A stretch of 64,000 nt of DNA from the human T2T-CHM13v2.0 reference genome, Homo sapiens. Under the pieces are notes generated by a model that saw only the letters and a program-made list of their open reading frames with translations, made no database searches and was not told the origin of the DNA. Positions 15,464 through 30,726 of this stretch are shown here, one piece after another (position 1 is the stretch's first letter; every line of letters begins with the position of its first letter). Where the stretch lies: the NCBI RefSeq assembly GCF_009914755.1, contig NC_060936.1; one strand, given 5' to 3'. The translations under genes and the position numbers were made by a program.

Positions 15464-15785
15464 TCCATTTTATAACTTCTAGAAATAAATCATAACTCAT
15501 ATAGCATGTGAGAATACAGTATCAAAATATCACATGTATCCCATAAATATGTACAATTATTATGTATCAGTAAAAAAGAACCCCTTCTAGTTTAGAAGAT
15601 ATCCCTGTGTCTTATCATTTAGGGTCGCATATACTTTCTTTTTTATAACATTCATTCATCTTAATTTTTTGGTTGTTATATATTTCTTAAAGAGTGTTCC
15701 ATTAGCCCAGAAACTATTGTTTATTCACTATTGTATTTTTCATGCCAAATAAGTCAAAATAAAGATTCAATAAGCATGAAAAAAA
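15464..15785 (+). other. Putative L1 3'-transduced flank with its own AATAAA and short A tail
   Basis: Non-host sequence between the L1 tail and the right TSD copy (agaaaatttatgtttcta, 15786-15803); AATAAA at 15758-15763, A run from 15779. Confidence 0.8.
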
Positions 15786-18592
15786 AGAAAATTTATGTTT
15801 CTAGGATAAATTCCTAGAAACACATAATCTCCCAAGATTGATTTAGAAAGAAATTGAAACCCTGAACAAACCAATATTAAGTCCTAAACTTGAATCAGTT
15901 ATTTAAAAAAAAAAAAAACCTACCAACCAATAAAAACCTCCAGACCAGATGGATTCACAGCTGAATTTTACCAGACATACAAAAAAGAACTGGTACCAAT
16001 ACTACTATAACTGTTCAAATAAATCAAGGAGAAGGGACTCCTCCCTAACTCACTCAATGAAGCCAGCATCACCCTGATACCAAAACCTGGTAAAGAAACA
16101 ATGAGAAAAGAAAACTACAAGCCAATATTCCTGATAAACATAAACACAAAAATCCTCAACAAAATACTAGCAAACCAAATTCAACAGCACATCAAAAAGT
16201 TAATCACAATGATCAAGTAGGCTTCATTCCTGCGAGGCTAGGTTGGTTTGATATGAGCAAATCAATGTGATTCCCCACATAACCAGAATTTTTTGAAAAA
16301 GGTATAATCATCCAATAGACATGGGAAAAGCTTTTGATACAATCCAACATCCCTTCATATTCAAAAACCCTCAAGACTAGGCATTGAAGGAACATGCCCC
16401 AAAATAATAAGAGCCATCTATGACAAACCCACAGCCTACATACTGAGTGGGCAAAAGCTGGAAGCATTCCCTTGAGAATTGGAACAAGGCAAGGATGTCT
16501 ACTCTTACCACTCCTGTTTAACATAGTAGTAGAAGGCCTTGCCAGAGCAATCAGGAAAGATAAAAAAACAAAAAAGGGCATTCAAATAGGAAAATACATC
16601 AACGTATCTCTTTTTGCTGATGATATGATTCTATACCTAGAAAATCCTAAAGACTCCACCCAAAGGCTCCTGGAACTAATAAGGGACTTCAGTAAAGTTT
16701 CAGGATACAAAATCATGTATAAAAATCAGTAGCATTTCTGTACACCAATAATGTTTCAGCTGAGAGCCAAATGAAGAATGCAATCACATTTACAATAGCA
16801 TCAAAAAACTAAACTACAAAAGAAAAATAAAATATTTGTGTCATTTTATTACCTAGAAATACACCAAACCATCAAACCAAGAAGGTAAAAATCTCTACAA
16901 AGAGAATGACCAAGCACTACCAAAAGAGATCATAGATGACACAAACAAATGGAAAAGCATCCCATGTTCATGGATAGGAAGAATCAATACTGTTAAAATG
17001 GTCATACCCCCCAAAGCAATCTACAGATTCAACATTATTCCTATCAAGCTATCAATGTCATTTTTCACAGAACTAGAAAAGATTCTTCTAAAATTCATAT
17101 GAAACCAAAAAAAAAAGCCCAAAGCCTAAACTAAAAGAACAAAGACAGAGGCATCACATTACCCAGCTTCAAACTATACAAGGCCACAGTAACCACAATA
17201 TTCTGGCACTGGCACAAGAACAGACAAATAGACCACTGGAATAGAATATAGAACTCGGAAATAAAGCTGCACACCTATAGCCATCTGATCTTCAACAAAG
17301 TTGACAAAAACAAGCAATGAGGAAAGGACTCCCTAGTTGATAAATGGTGCTGGGATAGCTGGTGAGCCATATGCTGAAGAATGAAACTGAACCCCTATCT
17401 TTCACCATATACAGAAATTAACTCAAGATGGATTAAAGATTTAAATGTAAGACTCCAATCTTTAAGAATCCTAGGGGAAAATCTAGGAAACACTATTATG
17501 GACATTGGCCTTGGGAAAGAATTTATGACCAAGTCCTCAAAAGCAATTGCAACAAAAACAAAAATTTACAAGTGGGGCCTAATTAAACTAAAAAGCTTCT
17601 GCACAGCAAAGGAAACTATCAATAGAGGTAACAGACAGCCTACAGAATGGGAGAAAGTACTCACAAACTATGCATCCCACAAAAGTCTAACATCTAGAAC
17701 CTACATGGAATTAAAACAATTAAGCAAGCTAGAAACAAATAATTCCACTAAAAAAAAGGCAAAAAAAAAAGACACGAACAGATACTTCTGAAATGAAGAC
17801 ATGCAAGTAACCAAAAACATATGAAAACAATGCTCCACATCACTAATCATCAGAGAAATGCAAACCATGAGATACCATCTCACACCAGTCAGAATGGTTA
17901 TTATTTAGAAAATCAAAAGGCAACAGATGCTGGTAAGGCTGGGGAGAAAAGAGAGGGCTTATATATTGTTGGGGGACTGTAAACTAGTTCAGCCACTGTG
18001 GAAAGTAGTTTGGAGATTTCTCAAAGAACTTAAAGTAGAATTACCCTGACCCAGCAATCCTATTACTGGATATATACCCAAAAGAAAACAAATTATTCTA
18101 CCACAAAGACACATGCATTTTATGTTCATCACAGCACTATTTGCAATAGCAAAGACATGAAATCAACCTAGGTGCTCATCGACAGTGGCTTGCATATAGA
18201 AAATATGGTACATATACATCATGGAATACTATGCAGCCACAAAAAATAATGAAATCATGTCCTTTGCAACAACATAGATGCAGCTGGAGGCCATTATCTT
18301 AAGCAAATTAATGCAATAACAGAAAACCAAATACCCATGTTCTCAGATATAAGTGAGAGTTGAACATTTGATACTCTTGGACATAAAAATGGCAACAATA
18401 GACACTGCAAACTAATGAAAGGGGGAGGGTGGCAGGTTTGAAAAACTATCAGGTAGTATGCTTTGTACTGAGTGATGGGATTAATAATACCCCAAACCTC
18501 AGCATCACGGAATACACCCATGTAATAAAACTACACATGTACTCCCAAATCTAAAATAAAATTTGAAAAATAAAATAAAAAATTAAAAATGA

Positions 18593-19626
18593 GAGGTGGA
18601 GCCAAGATGGCCGAATAGGAACAGCTCCAGTCTACAGCTCCCAGCGTGAGCGACACAGAAGATGGGTGATTTCTGCATTTCCATCTGAGGTACCAGGTTC
18701 ATCTCACTAGGGAGTGCCAGACAGTGGGTGCAGGACAGTGGGTGCAGCGCACCGTGCATGAGCTGAAACAGAGTGAGGCAATGCCTCACTCGGGAAGTGC
18801 AAGGGGTCAGGGAGTTCCCTTTCCTAGTCAAAGAAAGGGGTGACAAGACGGCACCTGGAAAATCAGGTCACTCCCACCCTAATACTGTGCTTTTCCAATA
18901 GGCTTAACAAATGGCACACCAGGAGATTATATCCCGCACCTGGCTCAGAGGGTCCTACGCCCACAGAGTCTCCCTGATTGCTAGCACAGCAGTCTGAGAT
19001 CAAACTGCAAGGCAGCAGCGAGGCTGGGGGAGGGGCACCTGCCATTGCCCAGGCGTGCTTAGGTAAACAAAGCCGGGGGGAAGCTCAAACTGGGTGGAGC
19101 CCAGCACAGCTCAAGGAGGCCTGCCTGCCTCTGTAGGCTCCACCTCTGGGGGCAGGGCACAGACAAACAAAAAGACAGCAGTAACCTCTACAGACTTAAA
19201 TGTCTCTGTCTGACAGCTCTGAGGAGAGTAGTGGTTCTCCCAGCACGAAGCTGGAGATCTGAGAACGGGCAGACTGCCTCCTGAAGTGGGTCCCTGACCC
19301 CCGAGCTGCCTAACTGGGAGGCACCCCCCAGTAGGGGCAGACTGACACCTCACACGGCCAGGTACCCCTCTGAGACAAAACTTCCTGATAGCAGCATTTG
19401 CGGTTCATGAAAATCTGCTGTTCTACAGCCATCGCTGTTTTGCAGCCACTGCTGCTGATACCCAGGCAAATAGGGTCTGGAGTGGACCTCTAGCAAACTC
19501 CAACAGACCTGCAGCTGAGGGTCCTGACTGTTAGAAGGAAAACTAACAAACAGAAAGGACATCTACACCAAAAACCCATCTGTACATCACCATCATCAGA
19601 GACAAAAACTAGATAAAACCACAAAG
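18593..19626 (+). promoter_or_regulatory. L1 5'UTR internal sense/antisense promoter with YY1 site
   Basis: YY1 motif caagatggcc at 18603-18612; many CpG>TpG/CpA decays; promoter function is established knowledge for this family. Confidence 0.7.
18863..19045 (-). pseudogene. ORF0: L1 ORF0 (primate antisense ORF), truncated to 60 aa
   Basis: MAGAPPPASLLPCSLISDCCASNQGDSVGVGPSEPGAGYNL matches ORF0p; good Kozak GCAATGG; stop after ...RVGVT where the consensus continues RFSR. Confidence 0.85.
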
Positions 19627-20643
19627 ATGGGGAAAAAACAGAGCAGAAAAACTGGAAACTCCAAAAATCAGAGCACCTCTCCTACTCCAAAGGAATGCAG
19701 TTCCTCACCAGCAATGGAACAAAGCTGGATGGAGAGTGACTTTGATTAGTTGAGAGAAGAAGGCTTCAGACGATCAAACTACTCCAAGCTACAGGAGGAA
19801 ATTCAAACCAATGGCAAAAAAGTTAAAAACTTTGAAAAAAAATTAGACAAATGAATAACTAGAATAACCAATGCAGAGAAGTGCTTAAAGGAGCTGATGG
19901 AGCTGAAAGCCAAGGCTCGAGAACTACGTGAAGAATGCAGAGGCCTCAGGAGCCGATGCGATCAACTGGAAGAAAGGGTATCAGTGATGGAAGATGAAAT
20001 GAATGAAATGAAGCGAGAAGGGAAGTTTAGAGAAAAAAGAATAAAAAGAAATGAACAAAGTCTCCAAGAAATATGGGGCTATGTGAAAAGACCAAATCTA
20101 CGTCTGATTGGTGTACCTGAAAGTGATGGGGAGAATGGAACCAAGGTGGAAAACACTCTGCAGGATATTATCCAGGAGAACTTCCCCAATCTAGCAAGGC
20201 AGGCCAACATTCAGATTCAGGAAATACAGAGAACGCCACAAAGATACTCCTCAAGAAGAGCAACTCCAAGACACATAATTGTCAGATTCACCAAAGTTGA
20301 AATGAAGGAAAAAATGTTAAGGGCAGCCAGAGAGAAAGGTTGTGTTACCCACAAATGGAAGCCCATCAGACTAACAGCTGATCTCTCGGCAGAAACTCTA
20401 CAAGCCAGAAGAGAGTGGAGGCCAATATTCAACATTCTTAAAGAAAAGAATTTTCAATCCAGAATTTCATATCCACCCAAACTAAGCTTCATAAATGAAG
20501 GAGAAATAAAATACTTTACAGACAAGCAAATGCTGAGAGATTTTGTCAACACCAGGCCTGCCCTAAAAGAGCTCCTGAAGGAAGCACTAAACATGGAAAG
20601 GAACAACCAGTACCAGCCACTGCAAAAACATGTCAAATTGTAA
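19627..20643 (+). pseudogene. L1 ORF1 (disrupted)
   Basis: ATG at 19627 (MGKKQ); in-frame TAG at 19747-19749 and a later TGA; open C-terminal 248 aa at 19897-20643 includes REKG and ARR motifs. Confidence 0.9.
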
Positions 20644-20706
20644 AGGCCATCAAGGCTAGGAAGAAACTGCATCAACTAACGAGCAAAATAGCCAGCTAAC
20701 ATCATA

Positions 20707-24531
<3,825 letters not shown>

Positions 24532-24759
24532 ACAATGAGGACACATGGACACAGGAAGGGGAACATCACACTCCAGGGAAAGTTGTGGGGTGGGGGGAGG
24601 GGGGAGGGATGGCATTAGGAGATATACCTAATGCTAAATGACGAGTTAATGGGTGTAGCACACCAACATGGCACATGTATACATATGTAACAAACCTGCA
24701 CATTGTGCACATGTACCCTAAAACTTAAAGTATCATAATAATAATAATAATTAAAAATG

Positions 24760-26975
24760 AAAGGCAGAGATTGTCAGATTGGATTAAAACAGAAAAATGC
24801 AAGTATATGCTGCCTAAAAGAAACACGCTTTAAATATAGAGACACAAATAGCTTAACAGTAAAAAGATGGGAAAAGATACACCATGTTAACATAGTCAAA
24901 AGATAGCTGGAGAGGCTATATTAATATCAAAGTAGATTTCAGAGCACAGATTATTACCTGAGATAAAGAGGGTCATTTCATATTAGTTAAGTGGTTAGTT
25001 TAAGAGAATACAATCCTAAATAATTACACACTAATAATAGAGTTCCAAAATACTTGAAAAAAAATCAAGGATAGAGAAATCCACAATTACAGCTAAAGAT
25101 TCGAACAACACTACAAACCAATTTTATCTAATTGACATTTGTATAATACTGCACCTATCATCAACAGAATAGACGTTTTTTTCAAGTGCATACAGAACAT
25201 TTACCAAGATATATTCTGGGCCATATAACAAGTCTCAATAGATTTTAAATTACTCAAATTGTATGATGTGTGTTCTCTGTTTACAACAGAATTAAATTTC
25301 TAAAATAAGCAACAGAAACATATCTGGAAAATCTTCAAATATCTGAAAGTTAAATAACACACTTCTAAATACCCCATGTTATAAACAAGAAATCAAAAAG
25401 AAAATTAGAAGGTATTTTGAACTGAATGAGAATGAAAGGACAGCATACAAAATTTGTTGGAGGCAGCTGAGGTAGTATTTAGCTTATGTAGCTTGAGGTA
25501 TTATTTAGCTCAGTTTATGAAGAAATAATTTAAATTATTTTTACAGACATGACTGTCCTTGGAGAAAATTTTATAGAATAAACAAAAATGCCATGACAGT
25601 TGTTTTTCTTTTCTTTTTTTTTTTTTTTTAAATCTTCAGGGGGGTAAATTTTAAGACCTCCAGTGGATGTCTGAAACCTCAGATGGTACCGAACTATATA
25701 TACTACATGTACGCTACCTTTTTCCAGTGTAAACATACCTAAGATAAAATTTAATTTATAAATTAGTCACAGTAAGAGATTAACAACAGCTAATGTTAAA
25801 ATAGAACAATTAAGTAAAATAAGGGTTACTTGAACTGTGATACTACTGAAATACCACAACAGTTGATCTTGTAAATGAGATGGTTACTAAGTGACTAATA
25901 AGTAAGGAGCGAATACATTTGGACAAAGGAATGATTCAACTTCTGAGCAGAATGGAGTGGGATGGCAAGAGATTTTATCACACTACTCAGAACAGCGCAC
26001 ACTTCAAAATTCATAAACTCTTTATTTCTGTAATTTTCCATTTTTGAACCACAGTTGACCTTAGGTAACTGAAACCATACAAAGTGAAGAATAAGGGGGG
26101 ACTACGGTATAGCTACTATGTGAGTTTAGCAAGGTTGCAAGATACAAGACCAATGTACCAAAGTCAATTGCATTTCTATACACTAGTGATGAACACTATT
26201 AAAGTGAAATTCTTAAAAAATAATGCTGTTCCCCTTAGCATGAAGAGAATATTTAGAGATAACTATGACAAGTAAAAGATCTGTACTCTGAAAACTATAA
26301 AATAGTACTGATCAAAAAATAAAGATGTAAATAAATGGAGAGATATTCCCTGTTCATGAATAGGAAGATTGAATATTGTTAAGGTTTCAGTTCTTCCCAA
26401 ATTGAACTATAAAATTAATGCAATGCCAAGCAAAGTCTTAGCGAGCTTGTTTTGTAGAAATCAACAAGCTAATTCTAAAATTCATATGAAAATACAAAGG
26501 ACTTTGAATAGCCAAAACAACTTTGAAAAAGAATAGCAAAGTCAAAAACTTTAACTATTTGATTTCCAGATTTATTATAAGTCTATAGTAATCAAGGCAA
26601 TGTGGTATTAGCATCAAAATAGATTTAAAAAATCAATGAAACAGAATAAAAAGTCCAGAAATAGACCCACACATGTAATCAATTGATTTTTGACAAAGTT
26701 GCAAAGGCAATCCAGTGGAGAAATGATAATCTATTCAGCAAGGAGTGCTGGCACAACTGACTAACCACATGCAAAAAAAGTCTTCAAATGAACTTTTAAT
26801 TATTCCTTGCACCATATACAAAAATTACTTCAAAATGGATGATAAACTGTAAAACCTAAAAGTATATAACTTTTTAAAAACTGGAGAAAATTTTTGTGAT
26901 TTGGGCTATACAAAGATTTCTAGGGTATAACAGCAAAAACACAGTGCATAAAATAAGAAATTGATTAGTTAGTTG
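24760..26975 (+). mobile_element. Continuation of the ancient L1M ORF2 (internally deleted; interrupted by MER44)
   Basis: EN-domain-like sequence at 24760-25490; RT-like sequence at 25520-25596 and 26110-26975 (gtgagtttagcaaggttgcaagatacaag). Confidence 0.75.
25597..26108. mobile_element. MER44 (Tigger7-derived non-autonomous DNA transposon)
   Basis: aagacctccagtggatgtctgaaacc at the left, ataaggggggactacgg TIR at the right; poly-T expansion inside the left TIR. Confidence 0.75.
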
Positions 26976-27029
26976 ATGGTCACTAACTATCCCTGCCAGT
27001 ATTCATAGATTAATCGCTAGAAGTAGATG

Positions 27030-27296
27030 AATATTGACAAATTATCCTCCAGAAATGTGTCATCACTAACAGAGTATGAGTGTCTATTTCACTGTCATAT
27101 TTTCTATATTGGATAATATAATTCAACAGATATTTGCCAATATAAAAGGCCCTTTATCAGGTACCTTATTGTTTCTTTAGTTTGTCTTTATTATTATAAA
27201 AGTAATAAAGTGATTTTGTAAAAATAATAAAAAGTGATTCTATGTGTATGTTTATTACCCACTGGTGTTTCTTCTTTTGTCAAATGTCATTTCATG
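27030..27296 (-). mobile_element. Very old L1ME-like ORF2 3' fragment
   Basis: tttgccaat...gtaccttattgtt...tttcttcttttgtcaaatgtc pattern. Confidence 0.45.
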
Positions 27297-28879
27297 CCAA
27301 AGATTAAAATGACAATGGCGAGCTCCAACACAACGGTTGACCTTCCAGAGGTAGGAGATGAAATAGCAGAGAGTTTCATGAACTAGACCTCCAGGCTTTC
27401 CCTGTCTATATTTACTCCATGCAGTAAGCTAAGGACACTTCATTAATTTCTGCAATAAAAACCTTTTAGGCTATTTTGGGCAAATACTCTGATTTTCTGC
27501 CCTGTCTCTGCTGACACTCCAAGGTGTCATCCAGGTATACAGCAGGTAGAAGGCCTTATTGATCTCAGGAAGAGGGAATGGTGGAAATTGGGTATTTACT
27601 CAGCCCCTTGAACTGCCCTCTGTCCACTTTGGTATGCACAATGATGTCCCTCCCTTGGCTGCTTGCTTCTCCCAGTGCCTGTAGCTGATGCACCATTGGC
27701 TTTGGGCTTGATTTGGGATGGTGGTCCTCTCTGTGACTTTGTCCCCATTATAGCTACAGGCCCCTGCATTGTGGTTTTGATTCCTATTTGGTTGCTGGCT
27801 GAGGCAGTCCACCCTGCAGTCTGGACTTGCTGTCACTTCATTGTACTGCCATAGCCCACCCTGGTCTACTTCTGAGTTATGCTTTCAACCAACTTCCATG
27901 TCCCAATTCCATATTCCATGTCTCACAGGAACCAAGACAGATCAGAGTTAGGAATCTTTTCTCTCACTAACTGTGCTTATAGACACCATTACTCTGATGC
28001 AGCTTGAGAAGCATTCACTGTTAGGGGTCGCAGATGTTACCTGGAACAAAGTCTGCTCTCACCATATCCCTGAAAATACCTAACATATTCTCATGTTGTG
28101 GAAAGTCAGTGGCAGGGAGAACTCATAACCCAGCTATTTAGCCACACATCTTCCCTACCTACATCCCCCTTCCTCTTCCCACAATCTCCGAGACCAGGAA
28201 AAAAGCACACTTTCAAACTTCTCAAGATTAAAGCTCTATGATCCATTCTGATATGTCAAAGGAGGAGCTCTATCACATAGAAATTTCTCTTTCTCTCAAC
28301 AAAGCCCAGTTTTTAAAATCATTATCTAAAGATGCGAGAAAAGTCATCTGGTTTGAGACTCAATGCTGATTGGTGATTTTCTTATTTATTAATTAATACA
28401 TTCAAGAAATATTTCTTGTGAAAATTACTTCTCAGGTGTGGAAATGCAATGGCATACAAGGAAAAAAAAGGTCTTGACCTCATAGAGTTTAAATTCTAGT
28501 ACAGAAGACATACAATGTAATAATCAAATCCAGTTTGTAAGTTTTATGAAAATAAAGCAGGGTAAAGTGACAGAGAAAAATAGAATAAGAGAGGATATAG
28601 GTGTTATTTTCAAAAAGTAATCCAACAAATTTCTCTGTGAAATAAAATCTAACCTGCCACCTGTATGAGGTGAAGGAAGGATCCAAGAACAAGACTAGAG
28701 AGTTTCCAGGCACAGGGACCAAAGGCTTTGGGGTGGGAACCTGCTTGAAGAGTCCAAGGACTGGCAGGAGGTTAGAACAGAGCTAGAACAGAGAGTGAGA
28801 AAGTAGAGATGGTTACAGATAAAGTCCAAGAGACAGGTAGGGGCCAGATCATGTTGAACTTTGTAGGTTAGCTGTTTCA

Positions 28880-29697
28880 ACGTGTCGTCTGGGGAACCAG
28901 AGGGATCCCTGATATCCTCAGGGGTTCCATAAGGTCCTCCTTTTCCCAAATACTTTTTTCTACCAGGTTGAATTTTCTTCATATAGTTCAATCAAAACAA
29001 TATATTGCAACAGATTGAATGCAGAAGAAAATATGAAAATCCAGCTGTCTTTTATTAAACCAAATATTCAAGAGATTTGCAAAAATGTAAAACAATGTCA
29101 TTCTCCTCACTGTATTATTTTTGTTTTTGAAAATATATATTTTTTCACGCCAGGTGCAGTGGCTCACACCTGTAATCACGGCATTTTGGGAGGCCAAGAC
29201 AGGCAGATCACTTGAGCCCAGGAGTTTGAGAGCAGCCTGGTCAACATGGCAAAACCCACCTCCACAAAAAAAATTGTTTAATTAACTGGGTGTGGTGGTG
29301 CACACCTATAGTCCCAGCTACTCAGGAGGCTGAGGTGGGAGGATCACCTGAGCCCAGGAGGCAGAGGTTGCAGTGAGCCATGATCATGCCACTGCAGTCT
29401 AGATTGGGCAACAGCACCCATATATATATGGGTGCTCAAATATATATATATTTGAGACAGGGTCTCACTCTATTGCCCAATATATAAAAAATATGTCATT
29501 TACATTAACATATAATAGGTTTTTATTGTTGTTTTAAAAATATTTAACAAATAAATATGTTTACATATTCTTAGTTATAATTTTAAATAAATTACATATT
29601 TACAGATATAGCCCACGTAAACAAAAGCTCTTTGGAGCCCTTCCTCAATAATTTTTCAGAGTGAAAGGGATTCTGAGATTAAAATGTTTGAGAATCA
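28880..29697. mobile_element. Charlie1/Charlie1a (hAT) fragment
   Basis: ttgcaacagattgaatgcagaag...atccagctgtct...gagatttgcaaaaatgtaaaacaatg; ends tttgagaatc. Confidence 0.75.
29149..29481 (+). mobile_element. AluJ-like element with a rearranged (inverted) 3' end
   Basis: Alu body 29149-29414; its terminal 31 nt are present in reverse orientation at 29451-29481. Confidence 0.85.
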
Positions 29698-29706
29698 TTT
29701 TTATAA

Positions 29707-30368
<662 letters not shown>

Positions 30369-30424
30369 CTAAGCCCCTGGTTAGATAGTGGCACAATCTA
30401 CTGAGAAGGAGGAAAGAGGTTTCT

Positions 30425-30726
30425 TTTTTTTTTTTTTTTTTTAAACACAGAATCTCGCTCTGTCACCCAGGCTGGAGTGCAGTGGTGCGATCTCAGCTCA
30501 CTGCATGCTCCACCTTCCCAGGTTCACGCCATTCTCCCTCCTCAGCCTCCCGAGTAGCTGGGACTACAGGCGCCCGCCACCACGCCCGGTTAATTTTTTT
30601 GTATTTTTAGTAGAGACGAGGTTTCACCGTGTTAGCCAGGATGGTCTCCATCTCCTGACCTCGGGATCCGCCTGCCTCGGCCTCCCAAAGTTCTGGGATT
30701 ACAGGCGTGAGCCACCGCACCCGGCC
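30425..30726 (-). mobile_element. AluY
   Basis: Reverse Alu with Y features (ttcacgccattctc, ccgtgttagccagg); TSD gaaag(a/t)ggtttct at 30412-30424 and 30728-30740. Confidence 0.92.

Larger units (their letters stand above)
9362..18580 (+). mobile_element. Full-length L1PA15/L1PA16-like element (~6.9 kb once nested inserts are removed)
   Basis: Long GC-richer 5'UTR, degenerate ORF1 (from ~11186) and ORF2 (from ~12546), 3'UTR cccaaacctcagcatcac...atctaaaataaaa; TSD aaaggcag at 9354-9361 and 24760-24767. Confidence 0.8.

Noticed and set aside
25468-25477. TGAGGTAGTA matching the let-7 5' end
   Set aside because: Only a 10-nt match inside decayed L1 sequence, with no hairpin or remaining miRNA sequence.
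27300-28200. GC-richer unique-looking block with short ORFs on both strands
   Set aside because: No protein or RNA similarity that I recognise; possibly an ancient LTR relic, left unannotated.
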